This document shows, one piece after another, positions 8,670 to 17,924 of a stretch of 64,000 nucleotides of DNA. This DNA comes from Bacillota bacterium (lineage in GTDB: Bacteria > Bacillota > JAAYKD01): the NCBI GenBank assembly GCA_963666425.2, contig OY762825.2:1248001-1312000 (forward strand). Direction: 5' to 3'. Positions within the stretch are counted from its first letter, which is position 1. Each line of letters begins with the position of its first letter. The translations under genes and the position numbers were made by a program. The notes beneath the pieces are model-generated. The model had not been told where the DNA came from, did not search any database, and saw only the letters and a list, made by a program, of their open reading frames with translations.

Positions 8670-9159
8670 ACTGGAACGTTATGCTCCCCCCGGCTTTGAA
8701 TTAAAAGCGGAATTGGGAACTATTCTCTTTCTTTCAGTAGCGTCCCTCCTTGTAAGTTTTATGTTTTTTCTACGATTTCGAGAAGCCTACAATCTTTTAT
8801 TTGAGTTTGAAAACGGGGTCAAAGTCTTATTACCCAATGCGCAAATGCCCGATTTTGAAACCTTGAGCAAAGATGCCTTTAGTTTATTCGGAGCATTATC
8901 GCTATGTATTCTCTGTTTCATTTGGTTTCATTACAGGTATCTTAAGTTTGAAACCAAGAGCGTTTATCTCATGCTGCGGTTGCCGAATCGCTTCGAGTAT
9001 CATATGCGTTGTTGGGCGATACCACTTGCCTTCCTCGTGCTTAGCTATTTGGCAATAGCGTTGTTAAAAGCTGTCTATTTCAATTATTACCTGCGTATGG
9101 TTCCCTTATCTGCCTGGCCGCCAGGCCAGAGTATGCATCTTTGGAGTGTGATCTTATGA
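8659..9159 (+). CDS. putative ABC transporter membrane subunit
   Basis: About 3 TMs; KSVYLMLRLP resembles KESYTLRRLQ of the preceding gene; AAGGGAG RBS. Confidence 0.72.
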   Translation: MIRKLERYAPPGFELKAELGTILFLSVASLLVSFMFFLRFREAYNLLFEFENGVKVLLPNAQMPDFETLSKDAFSLFGALSLCILCFIWFHYRYLKFETKSVYLMLRLPNRFEYHMRCWAIPLAFLVLSYLAIALLKAVYFNYYLRMVPLSAWPPGQSMHLWSVIL

Positions 9160-9893
9160 TTGAACTGAAGAAAGTTACGAAGTATTATGACGAAACCTAT
9201 GCTTTACGCGGTATCGATTTACAGCTGCCGCGTGGAGAAATCGTAGGGCTCTTTGGAGAAAACGGAGCTGGGAAAACGACACTGATGAAATGCATTTTGA
9301 ATTTTATAGATTATTATGGATTCATAACCTTAGATGGAGAACCTATCACGCCCAAAAACATCGCCCAGCTTTCCTTTGCTACCTCCGAACACTCTTTTTT
9401 TCCCAATTTATCCCCTGCCGCGCACCGCGACTTCTACCGTATGCATTTTCCCAAGTTCTCCAATCAACGTTTTCAGGGGCTGATGAATTTTTTTGAATTA
9501 CCCATGGGAACGGCTTTACGCAAATTTTCAAATGGCCAGAAAAACCAATTCGAAGTGATTATGGCTTTGAGTCAGGGCGCAGATTATATTCTCATGGATG
9601 AACCCTTTGCCGGTAACGATATCTTTAATCGCGAAGATTTCTACAAGGTGCTTTTGGGCATTCTGGAACCTCACGAAACGGTGCTGCTGTCGACTCATCT
9701 GATTGAAGAAGTGGCAGGATTTATCGGCCGTGCTATACTGATTCGCAAAGGGACCCTTGTGGGAGATGTTTCTCTCATGCAACTGGAGGAAGAGGGAAAG
9801 GATCTGGTTTCGTATATTAAAGAGGCTTATCAATATAAAGCCGACCGGGTCAGTCGAGCTCTGGAAGAGTTAACCAATATTGAGAAGACTTAG
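9156..9893 (+). CDS. ABC transporter ATP-binding protein
   Basis: Walker A GENGAGKTT, signature FSNGQ, Walker B ILMDEP, H-loop STH. Confidence 0.93.
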   Translation: MIELKKVTKYYDETYALRGIDLQLPRGEIVGLFGENGAGKTTLMKCILNFIDYYGFITLDGEPITPKNIAQLSFATSEHSFFPNLSPAAHRDFYRMHFPKFSNQRFQGLMNFFELPMGTALRKFSNGQKNQFEVIMALSQGADYILMDEPFAGNDIFNREDFYKVLLGILEPHETVLLSTHLIEEVAGFIGRAILIRKGTLVGDVSLMQLEEEGKDLVSYIKEAYQYKADRVSRALEELTNIEKT

Positions 9894-10025
9894 AAAAGCA
9901 TATCCACCGATCCCATCTTTTGACGATTCATTAATCTTTTAACGATTCCCCTAGAGGGGTGCAAATTTCATCCAATCGATATTCTATCAACGAGAACCGA
10001 TCTTCCCTACTCCTCTCCCTAAAAA

Positions 10026-10073
10026 CAAAACGAGCCTTCAAAGCGGAATTTATCGCCTTGAAAGCTCGTTTTT
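10026..10073. terminator. terminator-like hairpin, related in sequence to the one at 5949-5988
   Basis: AAAACGAGCCTTCAA...TTGAAAGCTCGTTTT. Confidence 0.65.
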
Positions 10074-10353
10074 ATCATAATATTGCCTATTTACTCGAAA
10101 AAGTTGATTTTCGCGTCTCATTGTCCGAAGGACACTTTTCGCTCGATGTGCGTTTCACAGCCACAGGCTGCTTTCATATTTGTCAAGGGTACGGAATTCA
10201 CAGTATATCAGATTTCAACTTAACGAGTCACATTCGTGCAGAGAGTACGACTGAAGCACCGCCTCCGTTGGCGTGAAGTTTCGGCTTCGCCGAAGTGAAG
10301 TGTTTTTATGCAAGCGTGGAATTCCTTGTTCCGCTGGTACGTAACATGGAGAT

Positions 10354-10390
10354 AAAAAAAACGATTACTTGTCAGCAGACAAATAATCGC
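10354..10390 (-). terminator. terminator of the tRNA pair
   Basis: CGATTA(C)TTGTC / GACAA(A)TAATCG stem followed by a T-run on the minus strand. Confidence 0.65.
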
Positions 10391-10399
10391 TATTTTTGA

Positions 10400-10475
10400 T
10401 GGTAGCCCCTAGGGGCTTCGAACCCCTGTTACTGCCTTGAGAGGGCAGTGTCCTAGGCCGCTAGACGAAGAGGCC
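10400..10475 (-). tRNA. tRNA-Glu (anticodon CTC)
   Basis: Cloverleaf GGCCTCT...AGGGGCT-ACCA; anticodon arm CTGCC-CTCTCAA-GGCAG; T-loop TTCGAAG; CCA encoded. Confidence 0.95.
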
Positions 10476-10488
10476 ATAAATAGAAAAT

Positions 10489-10562
10489 TGGTTGGGGAAG
10501 AAGGATTTGAACCCTCACAAACAGATCCAGAGCCTGCTGTCCTACCGTTAGACGATTCCCCA
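10489..10562 (-). tRNA. tRNA-Gln (anticodon CTG)
   Basis: TGGGGAA...TTCCCCA-ACCA; anticodon arm GCAGG-CTCTGGA-TCTGT; T-loop TTCAAAT. Confidence 0.95.
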
Positions 10563-10574
10563 ACAACGTTATTT

Positions 10575-10603
10575 ATTATAGCCTGCAAATCATGTTTTGG
10601 CAA
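10575..10603 (-). promoter_or_regulatory. sigma-A promoter of the tRNA-Gln/Glu pair
   Basis: Minus strand TTGCCA-N17-TATAAT directly upstream of tRNA-Gln. Confidence 0.8.
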
Positions 10604-10634
10604 GAGCAGAATACGATTTTTTTTGCTTTTTGTT

Positions 10635-10672
10635 AAAGGGCGGCGTTCGGATTTTTCTCCGCACCGCCCTTT
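10635..10672 (-). terminator. terminator after cobO
   Basis: AAAGGGCGG...CCGCCCTTT stem. Confidence 0.65.
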
Positions 10673-10704
10673 TGGCAATTAAGCTTGTCTGCTGCCCAAG
10701 CAAA

Positions 10705-11232
10705 TCAATATTCGATGCCTTCTTTGGCGGCAAAACCCGCATAATAGTGATGCTTGATTTCCTGCATTTCCGTCACCATATCGGCCGCTTCTTTGATCGA
10801 CTGCGGCGCATAGCGGCCGGTCAGCATCAAATCGGTCTGCTCTGCTTTGGCTTGGATCAGAGCCAACACTTTCTCAACACTGATCAGATCAAAATCCATA
10901 GCGACATTGATCTCATCCAGAATCACTAAATCATATTGACCGCCGCTGACCGCCGCCAGCGCCATCTCGTAACCGCGCTTGGCTTCCGCCAGATCGATGG
11001 CTTCGGGATTCTGCTTATCTACAAAGTTCTCGGTGCCGGTTTGCTCCAGGCGAATCATCGGCAGATACTGCCGAATGGCCAGCGCTTCCCCGTATGAGTG
11101 GTTGCCTTTCATGAATTGAATGATCATGACTTTTTTATTGTGCCCGACCGCGCGTAAGGCCAGGCCAAAAGCTGCCGTGCTCTTGCCTTTGCCATCGCCG
11201 GTATTCACCATGACGATCCCACGTTTTGCCAT
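10705..11232 (-). CDS. cobO: cob(I)alamin adenosyltransferase (CobA/CobO/BtuR type)
   Basis: TGDGKGKSTAAFG, IQFMKG, LDEIN, LTGR, H.Y..G..A..GIEY. Confidence 0.93.
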   Translation of the reverse strand: MAKRGIVMVNTGDGKGKSTAAFGLALRAVGHNKKVMIIQFMKGNHSYGEALAIRQYLPMIRLEQTGTENFVDKQNPEAIDLAEAKRGYEMALAAVSGGQYDLVILDEINVAMDFDLISVEKVLALIQAKAEQTDLMLTGRYAPQSIKEAADMVTEMQEIKHHYYAGFAAKEGIEY

Positions 11233-11248
11233 CTTCCTCTTCTCCTTT

Positions 11249-12391
11249 TTACTCGATGCCGTAAATCAGTGCTGCCAAAATCGCAGTCCGGTCGGCAAGA
11301 TGTTTGACAATCAGATATTCATCGGAAGAATGAGCCCCATGGCCAACGCCGCCCATACCATCTAAGGTAGGGATCCCCAAAGCGGCGGTAAAATTACCGT
11401 CGCTGCCGCCGCCGGTACCGCCGGCATTATAATGAAAACCAATTTCCGCAGCCAAAGCGGCCGCTTTTTCGTAGTAAGCCATGGCCGCCGCGCTGCGTTC
11501 CATGGGCGGACGGTTCAAGCCACCGCTGATTTCCAATTTGGCTTTGCCAACCGGCTGCAGGCTGAGAATTTCCTGGCTGACCCTTTCGCCTTCCGCAATG
11601 GTCATCACACGCATGTCAACTTTTGCCCAGGCTTCTTCCGCTACCACATTGCTGCGGGTGCCGCCGCCGATCACACCCACATTCAAGGTGGTGCCGGTTG
11701 AGAAGTTTGTCAAACTGTGAATCTTGGCAATCTGCAGAGCCAGTTCCTGAATGGCGGAAATTCCTTCTTCGGGAGAGGTGCCGGCGTGACTGGCTTTGCC
11801 GGTCACTTTAACATTGAATGCGCCTGTACCTTTACGCCAGACTTTGTAGTCACCCTGAGGACCGGTGCCCGGTTCCAACACAAAAACGGCTTTGCTTTTT
11901 TTCGCTTCCGCTTCAATCAACGCACGGGAGGTCCGGCTGCCCACTTCTTCATCGGAGTTGAGCAGGATCACGATTTTTGTCTTCGGCTGCAGCTGCAGAT
12001 CGCGATAAGCATGTAATAGCCATAAAGCGGCCAGAATACCGGCTTTCATATCCAGCACGCCGGGACCTTTGGCGATGCCTGTGGCGGGATCATAATGGAA
12101 CGGCCGTTTGGCAACTTCGCCGGCGGGGAAAACCGTATCAAAATGGCAGAGCAGCAAAATTTGTTCCTCACCGCTGCCATAGGTTATTTTTACGTGATTG
12201 CCTGATGCTGTTTGGGGCACAACTTCTACGGCTGCTCCCGTCTCGCTGAATTTATGGGCAATTTCCGCACTAAAAAGGTCAAGTAAGTCTTTGCGGTCGG
12301 AAGGCGATTCCAAATTAACAAGCTGGGCTAAGTCTGCCAACATCTGCGTTTGATGCTGCTGCAGCCAAGTATAAATTACATTAATCATCAT
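11249..12391 (-). CDS. M20 family metallopeptidase (glutamate carboxypeptidase-like)
   Basis: HFDTV, GPGVLDMK, DEEVGS, SHAG, GGSDG, GAHS. Confidence 0.9.
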   Translation of the reverse strand: MMINVIYTWLQQHQTQMLADLAQLVNLESPSDRKDLLDLFSAEIAHKFSETGAAVEVVPQTASGNHVKITYGSGEEQILLLCHFDTVFPAGEVAKRPFHYDPATGIAKGPGVLDMKAGILAALWLLHAYRDLQLQPKTKIVILLNSDEEVGSRTSRALIEAEAKKSKAVFVLEPGTGPQGDYKVWRKGTGAFNVKVTGKASHAGTSPEEGISAIQELALQIAKIHSLTNFSTGTTLNVGVIGGGTRSNVVAEEAWAKVDMRVMTIAEGERVSQEILSLQPVGKAKLEISGGLNRPPMERSAAAMAYYEKAAALAAEIGFHYNAGGTGGGSDGNFTAALGIPTLDGMGGVGHGAHSSDEYLIVKHLADRTAILAALIYGIE

Positions 12392-12513
12392 AACACCCCT
12401 TTCCTATCTAATTATTTGATTCGATAATTCACGCTTAAACTCCTGCTCTTAAAGCCAGACCGCAGCCGGACCATAGGGATTTTTCTTGATTCGCTTGTTC
12501 ATAATTTGTTCAT

Positions 12514-12541
12514 TTGACAGTCTGTCCAGGTTCGATATAAT
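12514..12541 (+). promoter_or_regulatory. sigma-A promoter of the marR-ABC operon
   Basis: TTGACA-N16-TATAAT. Confidence 0.7.
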
Positions 12542-12616
12542 GAAAGCAGAAAAGTTTCAGATACAAAAATATTTCTTTATTAAATTATTAGCAAGCATAG
12601 CAAAAGGGGTGACGAT

Positions 12617-13126
12617 ATGGCAGAAGAACTGAATGAAACGACCACTGAAACCAAATTGGCTCAAGATCTAACCCGGGCAATCCGTCATTTCAATCGATGC
12701 TATCGGCCTGAGCCGGAAAACACCGATCTGAAACCAAAAATGATGATGCTGCTGCACTTTCTCGCGCATAAAAAACATCATGGCAGCGAGTTGGTCTCGC
12801 TTTCGGCGATTGGCGAAGAAATGCGCCTCTCCCCGCCCAGTGTGACACTGATGCTGAATCCAATGGAAAAAAGCAATTACATCCTGCGCATTCGCGATTT
12901 GGAAGATCGGCGGGTTGTTTTTGTGCAAATCACGGAGAAGGGTGAAAAAGCGGTGCGCGAATTGTATGAAGCCTTTTTAAGCAATGCCCGCATCATGGTA
13001 CAATTACTGGGGGAAGAGGACAGCCGCACTTATATCGATTTAATGAACAAATTAACCCGTCTTTACCGTGCCTATATGAAACAGGAGGGACTCGAACAAT
13101 CTCACGAAAGTAGGACTGAACCGTAA
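12617..13126 (+). CDS. MarR family transcriptional regulator
   Basis: SPPSVT..L..ME...YI.R..D.EDRR.V.VQIT.KG. Confidence 0.9.
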   Translation: MAEELNETTTETKLAQDLTRAIRHFNRCYRPEPENTDLKPKMMMLLHFLAHKKHHGSELVSLSAIGEEMRLSPPSVTLMLNPMEKSNYILRIRDLEDRRVVFVQITEKGEKAVRELYEAFLSNARIMVQLLGEEDSRTYIDLMNKLTRLYRAYMKQEGLEQSHESRTEP

Positions 13127-14893
13127 ATGCTAAAACTACTAAAGAAATTTAAACCTTATCTGCCCAGTTTCCTGCTGGTTTGCTTAATGGTGTTCGGGCG
13201 CTCCATGGCGGACTTAAAACTGCCGTCCATTATGGCCGATATTATCAATAAGGGCATCAGCAACGGTGACATTCCCTATATTCTGCGCATGGGAGGATTG
13301 ATGCTGCTGGTTGCCTTAGGAGGCATGGCTTGTGCGATTGCCACCAGTTATCTTTCCTCACGCAATGCCATTGGGTTTTCCCGTGATCTGCGCAACGAAG
13401 TCTTCGGCAAAATCGAGAGTTTTTCTCAAAGTGATTTTGACCGTTTTGGCACTTCCTCTTTAATCACCCGCAGCACCAACGACATCCAACAAATGCAGAT
13501 GGTACTGATGATGGGACAGCGGATGATGCTGAGCGCCCCGATCATGTTTATCGGCGGAATTTTAAATGTTCTGCGCAGCGATTTCGCCTTAAGCCGTATT
13601 CTGATCATTGCGCTGCCTGCCGTTTTCCTCACCGTAATCCTGATCGGACGCCGGGCAACGCCTTTATTTCAGGTCATGCAGAAAAAATTGGATCACTTAA
13701 ATCTGGTCATTCGCGAAGGATTGTCCGGAGTGCGCGTGGTCCGTGCGTTTAACCGCGACGATTATCAACAAGAACGCTTCAAGGAAGCGAATGAAGATCT
13801 GACCAACAACTCCATTAAGGTCAATCGTTTACTCGGTTTGCAATCTCCCCTGATGTCGTTGATCATGAATTTCACCATTATTGCAATTATCTGGATGGGC
13901 AGCTTTGCCATCAATACCGGCAACCTGATGATTGGCGACATGATCGCTTTTATCCAATATGTCGGGATGATCCTCGGTGCCTTAATGGGGCTCTCCATGA
14001 TTTTTATCATGTTGCCTCGGGCTGCTGTTTCCGCCAATCGGATTAATGAAATTCTCGATGCTCCCATCACCATCGGAGACCGTCAAAACATTCAAACGCT
14101 GCCCGGAGCGGCAGGATTTACGCTGGAGTTCGATCATGTCAGTTTCCGCTATCCCGGCAGTGAGGCTGCTGTGCTGCATGATATTTCCTTTCGCGCCGTG
14201 CCGGGTCAGACGGTTGCCATTATCGGCGGGACCGGTTCCGGTAAATCCAGTCTGGCTAATTTGCTGCTGCGCTTTTACGATGTGGAACAGGGCTCGATTA
14301 CCTTCAATGGCATTGACATCCGCAATTTGAGTCTACAGGATTTACGGGCAAAGATTGGTTATGTCTCACAAAAAGCGCTGCTCTTTACCGGCAGCATTGC
14401 CGATAATATTCGTTATGGCAAGAGTGATGCAACCGTAGAGGAAATTAAAGAAGCGCTTACCATCGCTCAGGCTTCCGACTTTGTCTTGAATACCCCGGAC
14501 GGGATCGAAGCCACTGTATCACAAGGAGGTACCAATTTCTCCGGCGGTCAAAAGCAACGGCTTTCGATTGCGCGTGCTTTGGTGCGTCATGCCGCTCTCT
14601 ATCTCTTTGATGATAGTTTTTCAGCACTCGACTTTAAGACCGATGCCAATCTTCGCATCGCCTTGAAAGAAGTCACGCAAGACGCAATCGTCATTATCAT
14701 TGCCCAGCGCGTCAGCACAATTATGAATGCCGATTTGATTCTGGTAATGGATGAGGGCCGCTTAGTCGGCAAAGGAACGCATGAAGAATTGCTGCAAAGC
14801 TGCCAGGTTTATCAGGAGATCCTTTCTTCTCAGCTTTCCTTAGAAGAATACACACCTACGCTGCCTGTCGGAGAGGAGGACAAAAGCAAATGA
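13127..14893 (+). CDS. heterodimeric multidrug-type ABC exporter subunit (degenerate Walker B and switch)
   Basis: TMD plus NBD; GGTGSGKS, FSGGQ, YLFDDS, AQR (TM287-like). Confidence 0.92.
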   Translation: MLKLLKKFKPYLPSFLLVCLMVFGRSMADLKLPSIMADIINKGISNGDIPYILRMGGLMLLVALGGMACAIATSYLSSRNAIGFSRDLRNEVFGKIESFSQSDFDRFGTSSLITRSTNDIQQMQMVLMMGQRMMLSAPIMFIGGILNVLRSDFALSRILIIALPAVFLTVILIGRRATPLFQVMQKKLDHLNLVIREGLSGVRVVRAFNRDDYQQERFKEANEDLTNNSIKVNRLLGLQSPLMSLIMNFTIIAIIWMGSFAINTGNLMIGDMIAFIQYVGMILGALMGLSMIFIMLPRAAVSANRINEILDAPITIGDRQNIQTLPGAAGFTLEFDHVSFRYPGSEAAVLHDISFRAVPGQTVAIIGGTGSGKSSLANLLLRFYDVEQGSITFNGIDIRNLSLQDLRAKIGYVSQKALLFTGSIADNIRYGKSDATVEEIKEALTIAQASDFVLNTPDGIEATVSQGGTNFSGGQKQRLSIARALVRHAALYLFDDSFSALDFKTDANLRIALKEVTQDAIVIIIAQRVSTIMNADLILVMDEGRLVGKGTHEELLQSCQVYQEILSSQLSLEEYTPTLPVGEEDKSK

Positions 14894-16953
14894 GTAAAAA
14901 AGAATTCGAGTCATCGGCGCCTCTCACCGATCAGCAAGCTGCCACAACACCTCAAAATGATGCCACTGCTAAGAAAACAGAAAAAGAACGTCTCAACACC
15001 CGCGGGGAGTTTGCCAATCGCCGTCAAGGTGGGCCAATGATGCGTCCCGGCGGCGGTGGTCCCGGTGGCCCTGGCGGCGGCGGTCCCGGTGGTCCCGGTA
15101 GATTTCTTCCGGGTGAAAAGGCGAAAGATTTCCGCGGAACGCTAAAGCGTTTGGTTCGCTATCTGCGCCCTCATTGGGGCAGCTTGATTTTTGTGATCAG
15201 CTCTACCATCTGCGCCACCGTCTTAAGTGTTTTGGCACCAAAAGTGAACGGTCAAGTCACCGATAAAATTCTGGAAGGCCTGAAATTAAACGGCCTCGGC
15301 GGTATCGATTTTTCTGCTGTTCAGCATATTCTGTTGATTTTAGCATCACTCTATATCGGCAACAGTATTTTACTTTATCTGCAGAATTGGATTATGACCG
15401 GAGTCTCGCAAAAAATCGTGCGCAAGATGCGCAGCGATATCAGCGCCAAACTTTCCCGCCTGCCCTTGAAATACTACGACAGTCAGACGCATGGAGAATT
15501 GCTCAGCCGCGCTGTCAATGATGTGGATACCGTCAGTTCTTCTCTGCAGCAATCGCTCAATCAATTGATCAGTGCGGTCATCACCCTGGCCGGTATTCTG
15601 ATCATCATGGTATCGCTGAATCGCATTATGACCTTGATTACTTTGGTCACCATACCGCTCAGCCTGATTGTTACCAAAGTGATCACCCAGCGCTCCCAAC
15701 CTCTCTTTGTACAGCAGCAGCGTTTGATCGGCAACATCAATGGCCATATCGAAGAAATGTATACCGGTCACCCCGTTGTCAAAGCCTACGGCAGAGAAGA
15801 AGCAAATACCGTCAAGTTTCAGTCGCTGACCGCGAATCTCTATACCGTTGGTGTCAAGGCGCAATTCATCTCCGGCATCATCATGCCGCTGCTCGGTTTT
15901 ATCGGTAATTTAGGTTATGTCGGTGTCTGCATTCTGGGCGGCTACCTGGCTGTGCAGGGCAGTATGTCCATCGGCAAAATTCAGAGTTTTCTGTCTTATA
16001 TCCGCCAGTTCAATCAGCCGATCAATCAGACAGCGCAAATTGCTAATATTCTGCAATCCACCGTCGCCGCAGCGGAGCGCGTTTTTGAATTGCTGGACGA
16101 AGAAGAAATGTCAGCCGAACCTGAGGAGAACAAACTGCCTGCTTTTGTGCAAGGCAATGTCAAAATCGAACATGTCCGCTTTGGCTATCAACCGGATGAA
16201 CCGATCATTCATGATTTTACCGTCGATATCAAATCCGGCCAGATGGTTGCCATTGTGGGCCCAACCGGAGCCGGTAAAACTACGCTGGTCAATTTACTGA
16301 TGCGTTTCTATGAATTGGACGGCGGTAAAATCTCCATCGACGGTATTGACATCGCCACACTGAATCGCCGCGAACTGCGCAACCAATTTGGGATGGTGCT
16401 GCAGGATACCTGGCTTTACAACGATACCATCCGTGCCAACATCGCTTATGGTCAAGCGGACGCAACGGAAGAACAAATCATGGCAGCTGCCAAAGCCGCT
16501 TACGCCGATTACTTTATCCGCACACTGCCCGACGGTTATCAAACGGTCTTAAACGAAGAAGCCTCCAATATTTCCTCCGGACAAAAACAGCTCCTGACCA
16601 TCGCCAGAGCATTCCTGAGCGACCCCCGCATCCTGATTTTGGATGAAGCAACCAGTTCGGTCGATACCAGAACCGAACAATTGATTCAAAGCGCCATGGG
16701 CAATCTGATGAAGAACCGTACTTCTTTTGTGATCGCTCACCGCTTATCCACCATTCGGGAAGCGGATGACATTCTGGTAATGAATCAAGGCGACATTATT
16801 GAACAGGGCACACATGAAGGTCTGCTGGCCAAAGGCGGCTTCTATGCCTCGCTCTATCAGAGTCAATTTGCCGGTCAGAGCATCGATGAAGCGGTAGCTG
16901 ATACCAAGCAGCGCAAAATTGCCCGCGGTGAAGCCGTACCCTATTCGGCTTAA
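14890..16953 (+). CDS. heterodimeric multidrug-type ABC exporter subunit (consensus catalytic residues)
   Basis: GPTGAGKT, ISSGQ, LILDEAT, AHR (TM288-like); Gly/Pro-rich N-terminus. Confidence 0.92.
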   Translation: MSKKEFESSAPLTDQQAATTPQNDATAKKTEKERLNTRGEFANRRQGGPMMRPGGGGPGGPGGGGPGGPGRFLPGEKAKDFRGTLKRLVRYLRPHWGSLIFVISSTICATVLSVLAPKVNGQVTDKILEGLKLNGLGGIDFSAVQHILLILASLYIGNSILLYLQNWIMTGVSQKIVRKMRSDISAKLSRLPLKYYDSQTHGELLSRAVNDVDTVSSSLQQSLNQLISAVITLAGILIIMVSLNRIMTLITLVTIPLSLIVTKVITQRSQPLFVQQQRLIGNINGHIEEMYTGHPVVKAYGREEANTVKFQSLTANLYTVGVKAQFISGIIMPLLGFIGNLGYVGVCILGGYLAVQGSMSIGKIQSFLSYIRQFNQPINQTAQIANILQSTVAAAERVFELLDEEEMSAEPEENKLPAFVQGNVKIEHVRFGYQPDEPIIHDFTVDIKSGQMVAIVGPTGAGKTTLVNLLMRFYELDGGKISIDGIDIATLNRRELRNQFGMVLQDTWLYNDTIRANIAYGQADATEEQIMAAAKAAYADYFIRTLPDGYQTVLNEEASNISSGQKQLLTIARAFLSDPRILILDEATSSVDTRTEQLIQSAMGNLMKNRTSFVIAHRLSTIREADDILVMNQGDIIEQGTHEGLLAKGGFYASLYQSQFAGQSIDEAVADTKQRKIARGEAVPYSA
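15046..15099 (+). repeat. in-frame 24-nt tandem repeat encoding PGGGGPGG x2
   Basis: cccggcggcggtggtcccggtggc / cctggcggcggcggtcccggtggt / cccggt. Confidence 0.8.
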
Positions 16954-17011
16954 CAGCGAAGCAGAAAACAAATGGAATCGAGAAGAGTCGGAAAAGAATG
17001 AGGTGAGAGGA

Positions 17012-17920
17012 TTGACACAAGCGAAAAGGCAAGCCAACTTAACAGATTTGCGCCGCGGCAGGCTGAAACGAGTTTTGGCAGAGAAACCTTTGATTACCGC
17101 TTTGGAAGCGCACAGCGGTCTGACCGGCTTAATTGCCGAAAAGACTTCCGTCTGCCGCAATGGTAAAACGGTGCAATTTGACGCCATCTGGTGCTCCAGT
17201 CTCTGTGATGCAACACTGAGAGGCAAGCCGGACATTGAATTGGTTGATTTTTCAGACCGACTGCGCACGCTGGATGAGATCATGGATGTCACAACCATTC
17301 CGATTATTTACGATGCCGATACCGGCGGTTTGAGCGAGCATTTTGCTTATCATATCCGCACTTTAGAACGTCTCGGCGTTTCCGCCGTGATTATCGAAGA
17401 CAAAACCGGATTAAAAAGGAATTCCCTGTTCGGCACCGAGGTCGAGCAAACTCAGGACAGCATTACGAACTTCTGCAGTAAACTTTCCAGCGGAAAAGCC
17501 GCCCTGCAGAGCGATGATTTTCTGCTGATCGCGCGCATCGAGAGCCTGATCCTACAGCAAGGGATGCCGGACGCCTTAGCCAGAGCTTTTGCCTATGTCG
17601 AAGCCGGCGCCGATGGGATCATGATTCATTCCAAGCAAAAGGATCCGGCCGAGATTTTCGAATTTTGTGCAAAATTCCGCTCGAAAGATACCACAACGCC
17701 TTTGGTGGTTGTACCCAGTACCTTCGCAGCCGTGACCGAAGAGGAATTTGCCGAGCGTGGCGTCAACCTGGTGATCTATGCCAACCAATTGACCCGCAGC
17801 GCCGTGCTTGCCATGCAAACGACCGCGGCAGCAATTTTGAATCACCAGCGCGCGCTGGAAGCGGATGCCGGCTGTATGCCGATTCAGGAAATTCTTAGAT
17901 TGATCCCTCAGAGCAATTAA
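17012..17920 (+). CDS. pepM: phosphoenolpyruvate mutase (PepM/AepX), no cytidylyltransferase domain
   Basis: Diagnostic EDK-X5-NS (EDKTGLKRNS), LEAHSG, GKPDIE, ARIES, IYANQ. GAGGTG RBS before TTG 17012. Confidence 0.9.
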   Translation: MTQAKRQANLTDLRRGRLKRVLAEKPLITALEAHSGLTGLIAEKTSVCRNGKTVQFDAIWCSSLCDATLRGKPDIELVDFSDRLRTLDEIMDVTTIPIIYDADTGGLSEHFAYHIRTLERLGVSAVIIEDKTGLKRNSLFGTEVEQTQDSITNFCSKLSSGKAALQSDDFLLIARIESLILQQGMPDALARAFAYVEAGADGIMIHSKQKDPAEIFEFCAKFRSKDTTTPLVVVPSTFAAVTEEEFAERGVNLVIYANQLTRSAVLAMQTTAAAILNHQRALEADAGCMPIQEILRLIPQSN

Positions 17921-17924
17921 GTAA

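Noticed and set aside
9941-9960. ACGATTCCCCTAGAGGGG as a possible att duplication of the tRNA genes
   Set aside because: The match is about 10 bp, is to the tRNA-Gln 5' end rather than a 3' end, and no integrase is present.
10409-10682. ORFs of 81-89 aa on both strands
   Set aside because: They overlap the two tRNA genes, their promoter and a terminator, so they are spurious.
15046-15099. Gly/Pro repeat as a contingency locus
   Set aside because: In frame, synonymously diverged, and typical of the N-termini of this ABC exporter family.
16919-17011. N-terminal extension of PepM overlapping the ABC gene
   Set aside because: It has no RBS, whereas GAGGTG precedes TTG 17012, and it does not resemble a cytidylyltransferase remnant.
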